From: Nitrososphaeria archaeon | GTDB taxonomy: Archaea; Thermoproteota; Nitrososphaeria; Nitrososphaerales; JANXEG01 | Length of the DNA: 64,000 nucleotides | Reading direction: 5' to 3' | NCBI GenBank assembly: GCA_029775915.1 | Contig: JARVKA010000003.1 | Location: forward strand, 76,997 to 140,996 | Part shown: one piece after another, positions 45,561-56,141 of the stretch | How positions within the stretch are numbered: the first letter of the stretch is position 1 | How the letters are laid out: each line of letters begins with the position of its first letter | The notes under the pieces: generated by a model | Databases searched by the model: none | The model's input: the letters and a program-made list of their open reading frames with translations, nothing else | Told to the model about the DNA's origin: nothing | Made by a program: the position numbers and the translations under genes

Positions 45561-47501
45561 TTGGTGATAATTATTCCACAAGAAACATTACCATTCGAGT
45601 CTAAATATTGGCCAATTAAGAAATACTTAGAGTTTTATAAAAAATCACTTGAGGATCCAGAGTTTTGGGCTGAAGAAGCGAGAAAAATCGATTGGTTCAA
45701 AACTTGGGATAAGGTTCTCGAATGGGATCCACCATTTGCAAGATGGTTTGTCGGAGGTCTTCTCAATGTTTCTTATAATTGCGTTGATAGGCATTATCAA
45801 ACTTGGCGTAAGAATAAAATAGCTATTTATTGGGAAGGGGAGAATTATGAGGAAAAGGTTTTGAGTTATGCACAACTTTATAGAGAGATGAATCGATTCG
45901 CATCGATTCTTAGAAAGCTTGGAGTTAGGAAAGGAGATCGTGTTGCTATATACTTACCTATGATACCCGAATTGCCTATGGCGATGCTATCCACAGCTAG
46001 ATTAGGTGCGATTCATACCGTTATCTTTTCAGGCTTTGGTGCTAAAGGCTTAGCAGATAGGGTTAATGATGTACAAGCAAAAGTACTAATTACAGCTGAT
46101 GGAGGTTTTAGAAGGGGTAAAGTAATACCTTTGAAAAAGATTGTGGATGAAGCTTTAGAGATAATGCCATCGATAGAGAAAGTTATCGTAGTTAAAAGAG
46201 CGAATATTGAAGTTGAGATGAAAGAGGGTAGGGATTATTGGTATCATGAATTAATGAATAAAGCTGAGCCTTACGTTGAACCATTACCTGTTGAATCTAC
46301 TCATCCCCTTTACATACTTTACACATCTGGCACTACAGGAAAGCCTAAAGGTGTTGTGCATAGTAGTGGAGGTTATTTAGTTTATAACCATTCAACTTAC
46401 AAATGGGTTTTTGATATTAGTGATGAATCTGTATATTGGTGTACAGCGGATGCGGGTTGGGTAACTGGGCATAGCTCAATAGTTTATGGGCCATTAAGCC
46501 ATGGAGCTACTATAGTGGTTTATGAAGGTGCTCCAGATTACCCAGCTCCAGATCGTTGGTGGGAGATTATTGAGAAGTATGGTGTAACAATCTTTTACAC
46601 AGCACCTACCGCTATTAGAATGCATATGAGGTATGGTGAGGAGTGGATAAAGAAGCATGATCTCAGCACCTTAAAAGTTTTAGGTAGTGTTGGTGAGCCT
46701 ATAAATCCGGAGGCTTGGTTATGGTATTACAAGTATGTTGGAGGTGAAAGATGCCCAATTGTAGATACATGGTGGCAAACTGAGACTGGTGGGATAATGA
46801 TATCGCCAACACCGGGTCTTGATTACATGGTACCTCTTAAACCTGGTTCAGCAACTTTCCCATTACCTGGTGTGGATGCTGATGTTGTTAATGAAAAAGG
46901 TGAACCAGTACCTCCTGGTATTAGAGGTTATTTGGTGATAAAAAAGCCTTGGCCAGGCATGCTCATGACTTTACATAATGATCCTGAACGTTACAAAGAG
47001 ACTTATTGGTCAAAAATTCCAGGTGTTTACTTTACAGGTGATTATGCAATAAAAGATTCGGAAGGATACTTTTGGTTACTTGGTAGAGCTGATGAAGTTT
47101 TGAAGGTAGCTGGTCATAGGCTTGGTACAATGGAGTTAGAGAGCGTTATAATCTCTCATCCAGCGGTAGCTGAGTCAGCGGTAGTATCAAAGCCCGATCC
47201 AATTAAGGGAGATAGTATTGTAATCTTCGCTATATTGAAGCATAATTATGAGCCTTCAGAGAGTTTAAAGAAGGAGTTGAAGGAGCATATGAGAAAGAAT
47301 TTAGGGCCTGTGGCAACGCCTGATGAAATATTCTTTGTGAATAAGCTTCCTAAAACTAGGAGTGGGAAGATTATGAGGAGAGTATTAAAAGCGGTTCTAT
47401 CAGGTGCTCAAATAGGAGATTTAACCACACTTGAGGATGAAGCATCCATTGAAGAAGTTAAAAAAGCTTATGAGGAATTTAAGAGGGTTGTAAGTGGATA
47501 A
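45561..47501 (+). CDS. acs: Acetyl-CoA synthetase (AMP-forming)
   Basis: YWEGE..., YTSGTTGKPKGVVHS, WWQTETGG, YFTGDYA, PKTRSGKIMRR. Confidence 0.92.
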   Translation: MVIIIPQETLPFESKYWPIKKYLEFYKKSLEDPEFWAEEARKIDWFKTWDKVLEWDPPFARWFVGGLLNVSYNCVDRHYQTWRKNKIAIYWEGENYEEKVLSYAQLYREMNRFASILRKLGVRKGDRVAIYLPMIPELPMAMLSTARLGAIHTVIFSGFGAKGLADRVNDVQAKVLITADGGFRRGKVIPLKKIVDEALEIMPSIEKVIVVKRANIEVEMKEGRDYWYHELMNKAEPYVEPLPVESTHPLYILYTSGTTGKPKGVVHSSGGYLVYNHSTYKWVFDISDESVYWCTADAGWVTGHSSIVYGPLSHGATIVVYEGAPDYPAPDRWWEIIEKYGVTIFYTAPTAIRMHMRYGEEWIKKHDLSTLKVLGSVGEPINPEAWLWYYKYVGGERCPIVDTWWQTETGGIMISPTPGLDYMVPLKPGSATFPLPGVDADVVNEKGEPVPPGIRGYLVIKKPWPGMLMTLHNDPERYKETYWSKIPGVYFTGDYAIKDSEGYFWLLGRADEVLKVAGHRLGTMELESVIISHPAVAESAVVSKPDPIKGDSIVIFAILKHNYEPSESLKKELKEHMRKNLGPVATPDEIFFVNKLPKTRSGKIMRRVLKAVLSGAQIGDLTTLEDEASIEEVKKAYEEFKRVVSG

Positions 47502-47664
47502 GGATTAATAAAATCAATGAAAATTACAAACACAAATTTTATTATTTAGTATTTAAACCCAATTTGAATTTTTATTTTCGCTAATATGATATGAAGCCAT
47601 TTAAATGAATTCATTATTGATATTAAGCATAAACGATTAATATAATAAAATATGTTTTTAAATT

Positions 47665-49431
47665 GTGATCTTAACCAAAAGGTATGATATAGAGGAAAGA
47701 AGAAGGCTTATATTCACATGTATGGGATTGGATAAGCCTGACCTCACACTTACTAGAGGCTTAATAATAGATGTAGCAACAAGTGAAGTTAGAAGGGCAG
47801 ATATAGTGATAAAAGGGAGTAGAATAGCTTATGTAGGTGATGTTAAGGATTTAAGAATATCTCATTTAGGGGTTGTTATTGATGTAAATGATAAGTTTAT
47901 CACCCCTGGATTCATAGACCCTCATGCACATGTAGAGAGTACAATGTTAACACCATCAGCTTATTCATCCCTTTTAATCCCTCAAGGAACTATTGGTGCA
48001 ATTATTGATCCTCATGAAGTAGCTAATGTTTCAGGTTTGGATGGATTAAAGTATTTCTTAAAGGATGCTAATTCCACACCCTTTAAATTTTGTATTCAAA
48101 TGCCATCTTGTGTCCCATCTGCACCGAATCTTGAAACTAATGGCTATACTATAAGCCTCTCAGATATAGAGAGATTGTTGAAATTAAATGATATATGTGG
48201 TTTGGGTGAATTAATGAGTTATAAAAAAGTGATAAATGGTGATATTGAGCAATTAATGAAAATAAAACTCACATATGAAAAGAGTGGTATTGTAGATGGC
48301 CATTCACCATCGCTTAAAGGATCGATACTTCAAGCCTATATTTCTAGTGGTATTATGACTGATCACACATCTAGAAGTAAAGATGAAGTTATAGAGAAGG
48401 TGAGAAGCGGTTTTTACGTGATGATACAAAATAGGCCGGATGAAAGCTTATTGAGAGATGTGATTGATACTTTAAAGAATATAGATACGAGAAGGATTAT
48501 GTTTTGTACTGATGATATAGAGCCTGATGAAGTGAAAGAAAAAGGCCATCTTATATCACTTGTAAGAGAAGCAGTAGATTTAGGCTTAGACCCAATAAAA
48601 GCGATACAAATGGTAACATTAAATGTAGCTATGGCTTACAGATTCGATTCAGAGTTGGGAATTATAGCGCCCGGTCGCTATGCTGATTTAATCATCTTTA
48701 ATGAATTAAAAAAGTTTGATATAGATAAGGTTATAATGAATGGTAAATTGGTAGCTTCAAAGGGCAAATTACTCATTGATATACCAAAGGCTAATTTTAA
48801 GAGGTTCAAAAATACAATAAAGCTTAAGGTTGGATTAAATCCAAATGATTTAGTAATAAGAGTTGAAAAGGAAAAAGCGAGAGCTTTAGTGAGAGTGGTT
48901 ACAATTAATGGAGATTTAAAAGAGGTAGAATTGGATGTATTTAACTATAAGGTGATGAGTAAAACAATCGATGATATAGTTAGATTAGCAGTATTGGAAA
49001 GGTATGGTAAAGGTGGGAATATAGGTAAGGGCTTTATACAAGGTACGGGGTTAAAAAAAGGTGCAATTACTACAAGTATATCTCATGATGCGCATAACCT
49101 TACATCAATCGGTATTTCTGAATATGATATGTATCTTAGCGTAAAAGAAGTTGAGCGTATGGGTGGTGGTATTGTTGCAGTAATGGATGAAAAAGTTTTA
49201 GCTAAAGTTGAGCTCCCATACTTTGGTCTTCTCAATGATGATCTTAAAGTATGTGATGAGGTTAAAGCCTTGAGAATTGCTTTACTCAATATGGGCCTTA
49301 AAATTCCATTAAGAAGATTAACATTTTTATCATTACCAGTGGGGCGTGGCAACTTTAAGATTACAGATAAGGGATTAGTGGATTATAAAAAAGGTATAAT
49401 CTTACCCGTAATTATCTCTTTATCCACTTAA
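47665..49431 (+). CDS. ade: Adenine deaminase
   Basis: Amidohydrolase: ITPGFIDPHAHVESTML...GAIIDPHEVANV...GHSP...TDH...CTDD. At 588 aa it has the typical Ade length. Confidence 0.8.
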   Translation: MILTKRYDIEERRRLIFTCMGLDKPDLTLTRGLIIDVATSEVRRADIVIKGSRIAYVGDVKDLRISHLGVVIDVNDKFITPGFIDPHAHVESTMLTPSAYSSLLIPQGTIGAIIDPHEVANVSGLDGLKYFLKDANSTPFKFCIQMPSCVPSAPNLETNGYTISLSDIERLLKLNDICGLGELMSYKKVINGDIEQLMKIKLTYEKSGIVDGHSPSLKGSILQAYISSGIMTDHTSRSKDEVIEKVRSGFYVMIQNRPDESLLRDVIDTLKNIDTRRIMFCTDDIEPDEVKEKGHLISLVREAVDLGLDPIKAIQMVTLNVAMAYRFDSELGIIAPGRYADLIIFNELKKFDIDKVIMNGKLVASKGKLLIDIPKANFKRFKNTIKLKVGLNPNDLVIRVEKEKARALVRVVTINGDLKEVELDVFNYKVMSKTIDDIVRLAVLERYGKGGNIGKGFIQGTGLKKGAITTSISHDAHNLTSIGISEYDMYLSVKEVERMGGGIVAVMDEKVLAKVELPYFGLLNDDLKVCDEVKALRIALLNMGLKIPLRRLTFLSLPVGRGNFKITDKGLVDYKKGIILPVIISLST

Positions 49432-50454
49432 TATGAGCATATCCTCTGGATTATAATGAATATAAACATTATCTCCAACATTAAAATCTCGATTTTGAGT
49501 TAAAACGGCTAGATCACCAATACTTGTATTTAAAAGGTATCTTACTCTATCACCTTTGAATGCTTTCGTTAAAATTTTACCACTTATATTTTCAAGATTT
49601 GGTGAAGGCTCCTTAGAGATGAATAACTTTGTGGAGCGAATAGCTATATACTTACCATCATTCTTTAAACTACTTACTCTCAGTTTTACACCTCTTACTA
49701 CAACATATGATTCCTCAATAAGCTCGATTGGGAATACATTTTCAAAACCCATAAAATCAGCCACATATGCAGTTTTAGGTCTTTCATAAATTTCAAAGGG
49801 TTCAGCTATTTGCTCAATAATGCCATTATTCATCACAGCCACTCTATCTGCTATTTCAAGTGCATCATCTTGATCATGAGTTACATAAATTGTAGTGATA
49901 CCCAATTGCTTTTGGATTTTTTTAATTTCGAATCTGATCTTACTTCTAAATTTAGGATCAACATTACTAAGAGGCTCATCCATGAGGAGGATATCTGGTT
50001 GTATCGCTATAGCTCTCGCAAGTGCCACCCTTTGTTGCTGACCTCCACTCAATTGTGATGGGTATCTATCCTCTAAACCTTTAATTCCTAACATTTCAAT
50101 AATGTGATCCAATCTTTGCTCTGCCTCACTTTTATCCACACCTCTAATTCTCATGCCGTATAAAATATTCTCTCGCACATTCATATGCGGGAATAATGCG
50201 TAGCTTTGAAAGACTATACCGATATTTCTTTTATGAGGTGGAACGTTTGTAAAATCCCTTCCCCTTATTATAACACTACCCTTTTGAGGTGTTATAAATC
50301 CAGCTATAACCTTTAATGCAGTCGTTTTCCCACAACCACTCGCTCCGAGTAAAGCCACAAGTTCGCCTCTTTCTACCTCTAACTCCAACCCTTTGAGAAT
50401 AAAATCTCCCTTAGAGTAATAAAACCAAATATTTATCAATTGTACATCCTTCAT
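49420..50454 (-). CDS. ABC transporter ATPase (PotA/spermidine-putrescine-type)
   Basis: GASGCGKTT, LSGGQQQRVALARA, LLMDEP. The start at the Met of MKDVQL forms an ATGA overlap with the upstream permease stop. The 3' end overlaps ade by 12 nt in convergent orientation. Confidence 0.88.
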   Translation of the reverse strand: MKDVQLINIWFYYSKGDFILKGLELEVERGELVALLGASGCGKTTALKVIAGFITPQKGSVIIRGRDFTNVPPHKRNIGIVFQSYALFPHMNVRENILYGMRIRGVDKSEAEQRLDHIIEMLGIKGLEDRYPSQLSGGQQQRVALARAIAIQPDILLMDEPLSNVDPKFRSKIRFEIKKIQKQLGITTIYVTHDQDDALEIADRVAVMNNGIIEQIAEPFEIYERPKTAYVADFMGFENVFPIELIEESYVVVRGVKLRVSSLKNDGKYIAIRSTKLFISKEPSPNLENISGKILTKAFKGDRVRYLLNTSIGDLAVLTQNRDFNVGDNVYIHYNPEDMLILSG

Positions 50455-51233
50455 CCTCTCACGCCCGAGACTAAACCCACAACCTTCTCTACACTTATGC
50501 ATAACAATACAGTAAAAGCTACGAGTAATGTTGAGAGAGCTGCTATTGTAGGGTCGTAACGGATTTGTAAGTAATTGAGCATAGTTACAGGGAGAGGTAT
50601 CGCTTCACCAAAGCTTAAAAATAGAGATATAGATACTGCATTGAAAGATACCATAAAACAAGTGAGAAAGCCACCTACAAAGCCATGCTTTATATTTGGC
50701 AAAACTACATCGATGAATGCTCCCAATCGATTTCTACCGAGGCTAACAGCCGCATCCTCTATATCCCCTCCCAAATTTAATAAACTTGCATAAATAATCC
50801 TCATAGCAAATGGTATAACGACTAAAGTATGGCCTATAATTAAGGATATTAAAGATACTATACCTAAAGCTCGATATACGAATAAAAGGAGTAAATAACT
50901 TAAAACGATCTCTGGCATGAGTATTGGTAATGTAAAGAGATTCTCTACTAATCCTCTTATACTTAAACTCTTATACCTATAGAGAATGTAAGATGAGGGT
51001 AATGAAAGGATTAAGGCGATTAGAGATGATATAAAAGCTATTGAGCTGCTTACAATAAAACCATTCGTAAATGTTTCATATCGAAATATATTAGCAAACC
51101 ATTTGATAGTGAAGCCCTTAGGTGGGAAGGATATACTCTCCAATGTTGAGAATGATATGAGAAGTGGCATGGTTATAGGGGTGAGTAAAAAAGTAAAGCA
51201 TAAAATAGATAAAATATAAAATATTGCTCTCAT
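50451..51233 (-). CDS. ABC transporter permease (PotC-like)
   Basis: Six TM segments with an EAA-like loop (DIEDAAVSLGRNRLGAFIDVVLP). Confidence 0.8.
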   Translation of the reverse strand: MRAIFYILSILCFTFLLTPITMPLLISFSTLESISFPPKGFTIKWFANIFRYETFTNGFIVSSSIAFISSLIALILSLPSSYILYRYKSLSIRGLVENLFTLPILMPEIVLSYLLLLFVYRALGIVSLISLIIGHTLVVIPFAMRIIYASLLNLGGDIEDAAVSLGRNRLGAFIDVVLPNIKHGFVGGFLTCFMVSFNAVSISLFLSFGEAIPLPVTMLNYLQIRYDPTIAALSTLLVAFTVLLCISVEKVVGLVSGVRG

Positions 51234-52030
51234 ATCCCTCTCACTAAAACCTTTTTAATGTAAGAGAAGAAGAGGATAATGGAGAAAACAGTTAACATTA
51301 TAACGAGTGCGGTAGCTGTAGCAGCTCCCCAATTGAGTCTAATCTCAATAAACTCGTAAAGTAGCATGCTGAGCGTGCGATTCCTAAAGCCGCCCAATAA
51401 AGTTGGTGTGACAAAAGCTGCAGCACAACCAGCTAAAATCACTGATAAGCCAGCGATGTATCCTTTAAGCGTGAGTGGAAATATAATATTTATGAAAATT
51501 CTTAAAGGGTTAGCACCCAAGCTTTTAGCAGCCATTAATACTTCCTCATTGAGATTCTCCATAGCGCTTAAAAGGGGTACGAACATGAATGGAAAGAATA
51601 ACTCAAGTAAACCCAAAACCATTGCAAATTCAGTATAGAGAAGCCTCAATGACTCATCTATAATCTTAAGTGCAATGAGTAAAGAGTTTAAGAAACCTTC
51701 TTTACCAAGAATGAGAATCCATCCATAAGATCGTACCAAAGGATTTACCATGAGAGGCAAAAATATGAGGGCTTTAAATAAAGATTTAATGCGTGATGAA
51801 GCGCGGCTTGTGTAATAAGCGAGTGGATAAGCCAATAAAGTGGCTAATAAAGCTACAATCAACCCAATTCGAATCGTTCTAATGTAAACGGAGAAGAATT
51901 CCTCATTGAAAGTTGTATGGAAGAATGTTGGTATGAAATCGTGAGTAGAGATTATCATATAGATAATTGGCACTAGTAAAAAGAAGATGAGAAAAAAGAG
52001 TGAGGGAGCTATGATTAAGTAAAGTCTCAT
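51230..52030 (-). CDS. ABC transporter permease (PotB-like)
   Basis: TM-rich with an EAA loop (EEVLMAAKSLGANPLRIFINIIFP). The start at MRLYLI gives an ATGA overlap with the SBP gene stop. Confidence 0.8.
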   Translation of the reverse strand: MRLYLIIAPSLFFLIFFLLVPIIYMIISTHDFIPTFFHTTFNEEFFSVYIRTIRIGLIVALLATLLAYPLAYYTSRASSRIKSLFKALIFLPLMVNPLVRSYGWILILGKEGFLNSLLIALKIIDESLRLLYTEFAMVLGLLELFFPFMFVPLLSAMENLNEEVLMAAKSLGANPLRIFINIIFPLTLKGYIAGLSVILAGCAAAFVTPTLLGGFRNRTLSMLLYEFIEIRLNWGAATATALVIMLTVFSIILFFSYIKKVLVRGI

Positions 52031-53079
52031 GATTCTATACGCTTCTTCCACTCATCAACCCATTTTGGTAAATTCTTTGCTAAAAGCTCTGGATTTAAGT
52101 ATATGGGCTTGTTAAATACTGGTGATATATTGAATGGATGATCTGCTGGTAAATTTACCTCTGAATTTATAGGGGCGTCAACACCAGCTAATGCTAACTC
52201 TTTTTGGATTGATGTGCTGAGCCAAAAGTCTATGAGTTTATAAGCCAAATCCATATTCTTACTACCATTAACTATTGAAATCATGTTAAGAACATAAACT
52301 GAGCCTTCTATTGGATAAATTATATCTACAGGTTTGGGTAAATTCTTTAATGGTGCCCAATTGTATCTAAGAACTGGAGCTATCTCTACTTCTCCTCTCT
52401 CAAATAGAGTTTGAGGATCTGCAGATCTTGTATAAAATGTAACAATACCCTTCTTTATACTCTCTAAAGCTTTGAATCCAGGCTCCACATTATCCATTGT
52501 TCCTCCATAAGTTAAGCTCGTCATTACCAAAACCATGGGACCCGATGTGGCAGTTATTGTGGGCATAAGGATTTGGCCTTTAAAATCATCTCTCCATAAA
52601 TCCTTCCAAGATGTTATCTTAGCATGTTTATCAACACGATAAGCTAACCCTAAATCTTGAATGGTAAATGGTATGCCATATTGGGCTATTGATGGTGGAA
52701 CTTGCTCTTTCAAAGCTTTAAACAATTTTTGATAATTTGGTATCTTTCCCAAGTCTAGTTTCATTAATAAGCCCTTTTGAGCTGCTTGATATGTATAGTA
52801 ATCTGGTAGGAATATGAGGTCTGGCATAGGCTCAGCCTTTGTAGAGAGCTTTGTAAATCTTTCACTCGTAGTGCCTGAAATTAAAACTATCTTAACATTA
52901 TTTTGCTTCTCGAATGGTTCGATAACTATTCTCTTTATATCATCCCATGCAAAACCCCAATGTGAGAGGTAAAGTGTTTTAGGGGGTGGTGGGGGCAGTG
53001 TGGTAAGATAGTAATAATATCCTCCAATAGCTACAGCGATAATTATTACCAATCCAATGATTATAACGGTCTTTCCCAT
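52027..53079 (-). CDS. Extracellular solute-binding protein (family 1, PotD-like) with an N-terminal membrane anchor
   Basis: An N-terminal TM segment (VIIIGLVIIIAVAIGGYYYY) plus a PPPPP linker, followed by a periplasmic-binding-protein-like domain. It is first in a four-gene transporter operon. Confidence 0.75.
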   Translation of the reverse strand: MGKTVIIIGLVIIIAVAIGGYYYYLTTLPPPPPKTLYLSHWGFAWDDIKRIVIEPFEKQNNVKIVLISGTTSERFTKLSTKAEPMPDLIFLPDYYTYQAAQKGLLMKLDLGKIPNYQKLFKALKEQVPPSIAQYGIPFTIQDLGLAYRVDKHAKITSWKDLWRDDFKGQILMPTITATSGPMVLVMTSLTYGGTMDNVEPGFKALESIKKGIVTFYTRSADPQTLFERGEVEIAPVLRYNWAPLKNLPKPVDIIYPIEGSVYVLNMISIVNGSKNMDLAYKLIDFWLSTSIQKELALAGVDAPINSEVNLPADHPFNISPVFNKPIYLNPELLAKNLPKWVDEWKKRIES

Positions 53080-53159
53080 ACTATTCTTGAATTTCTTACA
53101 TAGTTATATATATTTTTAAAGCCTCTTAATATTATTAATTGTTAATCTTATGTGTTTGA

Positions 53160-53561
53160 TTAAGATTCTTGGCAAAGCTCTACATTAATTCTTCCAGTAG
53201 TTTCAGGTTTTGTAAATATAATCTTAACACCGTGAGCACCTATTCTAGGCTTTTCCTCAACAAATTCAATACCTTCTTTTTTCATTCGCTCTATTTCAGA
53301 CTCGATATCATCTGTAGCTAAAGATATATGATGAATCCCTTGTCCATGAGTTTGGAGAAATTTGCCTAAAGGTATGTTTAAATCCAATGGTTGAAGCAAC
53401 TCAATCTCATCATCACCAACAGGTATGAATGCTACTTTAAGCTTCCCGTCCATAGCTTCTTTAACTACAGCTGGCTTTAAATTAAAAGCTCTCTCAAAAA
53501 GCTTTAATGTCTCATCCATATTTCTTACAACGATGCCTATATGGCTAATCTTTTTAATCAT
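53160..53561 (-). CDS. Methylmalonyl-CoA epimerase (VOC family)
   Basis: ISHIGIVVRNMDETLKLF...VAFIPVGDDEIELLQP...GQGIHHISLATDDI...FTKPETTGRINVEL. Confidence 0.8.
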   Translation of the reverse strand: MIKKISHIGIVVRNMDETLKLFERAFNLKPAVVKEAMDGKLKVAFIPVGDDEIELLQPLDLNIPLGKFLQTHGQGIHHISLATDDIESEIERMKKEGIEFVEEKPRIGAHGVKIIFTKPETTGRINVELCQES

Positions 53562-54484
53562 TTCTTTCTCTTCACCTCAACCTTTGCTAAATTCTCCAAA
53601 AAGAGTACTATTGCTGAATGATCCAAATCTCCCTTCCCTTCATTAACCAATGCATTTAAAACTTGGTAAGCGAGACTTGTGAAAGGAAGGGGCACATTAT
53701 ACTCAGTCGCTGCTTGCATAACATTTCTAAGATCCTTTTGATGGAGTTTAATTCGAAATCCAGGTTTAAAGTTTCTATCCATAATCATAGGCGCTTTTCT
53801 CTCCATAACAAGGCTACCAGCCAATCCCCCTCGAATAGCTTGAAATACGAGTTCGGGATCCAATCCAGCTTTTGTTGCTAAAACTAAAGCTTCAGAAAGA
53901 GCTGCAATATTAAGCGCTACAATAATTTGATTAGCTAATTTAGCAACTTGGCCTGCACCACAATCACCAACCCTTGTTATTGTTTTACCCATCGCTTGAA
54001 ATATTGGTAAGCATCTTTTGAAAACCTCTTCTTTACCACCTACCATAATCGCAAGAGTACCTTCAATAGCGGATGGTTCACTACCACTTACAGGTGCATC
54101 CAACATCTCTCCACCTTTTTTCTCAACCTCCATAGCAACTCTTCGTGCTACTACAGGCGATATAGAACTCATATCTATCACAATAGAGCCTTTTCGTAAA
54201 CCTTCCAATACCCCATTCGGCCCAAGTATAACTTGCTCAACATCAGGCCCATCGGGCAGCATGGTTATAATAATATCACACTTTTCAGCAACTTCTTTAG
54301 GAGAGTTTGCTCTTTCAGCCCCAAGACTAACTAACTCTTCAACGGGTTCAGGCCTTATATCATGAACAACAAGTGAATAGCCAGCTTTCAATAAGTTTTT
54401 AGACATAGGTTTGCCCATAACACCAAGCCCTATGAATCCAATCCTTTCCTTACTCAAGATTTTACCACCAAATGAACTTATCAC
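53558..54484 (-). CDS. NAD(P)-dependent 3-hydroxyisobutyrate / tartronate-semialdehyde reductase family
   Basis: IGFIGLGVMGKPMSKNL, DAPVSGS, GAGQVAKLANQ, KDL. Confidence 0.82.
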   Translation of the reverse strand: MISSFGGKILSKERIGFIGLGVMGKPMSKNLLKAGYSLVVHDIRPEPVEELVSLGAERANSPKEVAEKCDIIITMLPDGPDVEQVILGPNGVLEGLRKGSIVIDMSSISPVVARRVAMEVEKKGGEMLDAPVSGSEPSAIEGTLAIMVGGKEEVFKRCLPIFQAMGKTITRVGDCGAGQVAKLANQIIVALNIAALSEALVLATKAGLDPELVFQAIRGGLAGSLVMERKAPMIMDRNFKPGFRIKLHQKDLRNVMQAATEYNVPLPFTSLAYQVLNALVNEGKGDLDHSAIVLFLENLAKVEVKRKK

Positions 54485-54576
54485 AATCTAATTGATAAAG
54501 GTAACGCAAATTAAACTAATAGTGATATTGTGATTATTGCTTAATCGTTTAGCTTAAAATTTTAGGGCTTAATAGT

Positions 54577-55341
54577 TTATATTCTCTTTTTCGCAACCTC
54601 TAAAAAGCTCCTCGCCCCTCTTATGAGTAAGCTGAAATCACTTGATAAAGATATGAATTTAAAGCCCCTTTCAATAGCTTTGATTAATTGCTCATCATTA
54701 TACGTCATTATCCCAACTGGAATATTATGCTTTTTCCCAGCATCCAAAACCTTTTCAATAGCTTCTATAAACTTTGGATGGTTTTGTTGATCTCTAATAC
54801 CCAAAGATGTGGTTAAATCTGTAGGCCCTATAAAGCATGCACTCACACCCTCAACACTCATAATTTCATCAACATTTTTAACCGCTTCAGGTGTTTCTAT
54901 TTGCACTATAGTAACAAGCTCACTCTCAACCTTTTTGAAGTAATCTTCTCTATCAAGACCGTAAAGTGCAGCTCTTCTCGGACCCGTTCCTCTTAATCCT
55001 TTAGGAGGGTATTGTGTAGCTTTAACAGCTTTTATAGCATCACCCTTATTATTCACCCAAGGTACAACAACACCATAAGCACCCACATCTAAAGCACGCT
55101 TTATTAGCACCATATCATTCCAAGCCACTCTTATAATTGGTACAATATCAGTCCCAGATGTAGCTTGAATCATGTGTTGTACAGTCTCCATGCATAAAGG
55201 TGCATGCTCAGTATCAAAAACGAGCCAATCGAAGCCGAGATGAGCCAATATTTCACTCACATCTGGATTGCCAATGGTAACCCAAGTTCCAAAAGCTATT
55301 CCGCCTTTACTCCATATCTCTTTTAATTTATTGGGCTTCAT
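54577..55341 (-). CDS. HpcH/HpaI-family 2-keto-3-deoxy-acid aldolase
   Basis: FDWLVFDTEHAP..., RVAWND..., GVVVPWVN..., IQIETPEAV..., FIGPTDL. The start is taken at ATG 55341. Confidence 0.8.
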   Translation of the reverse strand: MKPNKLKEIWSKGGIAFGTWVTIGNPDVSEILAHLGFDWLVFDTEHAPLCMETVQHMIQATSGTDIVPIIRVAWNDMVLIKRALDVGAYGVVVPWVNNKGDAIKAVKATQYPPKGLRGTGPRRAALYGLDREDYFKKVESELVTIVQIETPEAVKNVDEIMSVEGVSACFIGPTDLTTSLGIRDQQNHPKFIEAIEKVLDAGKKHNIPVGIMTYNDEQLIKAIERGFKFISLSSDFSLLIRGARSFLEVAKKRI

Positions 55342-56141
55342 TAACAAAGTATTAACTGTTAATGTTTATAAAAGTTTTGTAAGAATAATAGGATTAAGAG
55401 CATAAGCGTTAAAAAGTTAATGCCATGTATTAGCTGAAGAAATCCTTAAAATGCTCTTAAGTTGTGGCTACTATAAAGCCTTTAAATATCACAATAGCTT
55501 CACTGCTACCCCTTTATATACCCTAATGCAAGAAAGGAGTGTCGGAATCTCACATAGAAAATTGAAAGATTATTAGATAGTGGGGTAAAAGACATAATGC
55601 TCAAGCTTTAATGTAGAGCCTTATGAATACATCCAGAATATTATTTTAATGTAAAGCATGTTAATATTTTGGAATTTCATCCCATTTTTGCAGGATCTTT
55701 TTAATCTCTCAAGCTTTTTGACTTAAACAAGACGCAAATGAATGCTTCTTATTGCTTTTTGCGCTTTGTACGAGCATAAATACGTTTTGCTCACCCAACT
55801 ACTTGAGGAAAGGACTTAATCTCTAAAACCCCTTACCTAGCTTTTTCCTCATTAATTTTATAAAAGTAGTGGTTCTTTAAAAGTTTGTTTTAACCTCTCA
55901 TATTCTGCCCTATTTATTAGATCAATTAATAGTTTATAGCTCTTTTACTGCTTAATGTTGATTGATTTTTACCTAACACATCCTTTTTTGCTAAGCTATA
56001 TGTAGTTTCAAGTATATGTGAAGGGCGCTTCCTTTACTAACCAATAAATTTTATTCTTCTTTTGTGAAATTTTTGCTCATAAATTAATTTTCAATGGTAA
56101 GTGATATTGATAATTAATGTAAATAAGAATAATTTTACTAG

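Noticed and set aside
47580-47640. Possible C/D-box sRNA (ATGATATGA resembles a C box), with similar AATGA-type strings in the spacers at 28121-28237 and 43365-43595
   Set aside because: No CUGA D box lies at an appropriate distance, there is no terminal stem, and the C-box match is imperfect.
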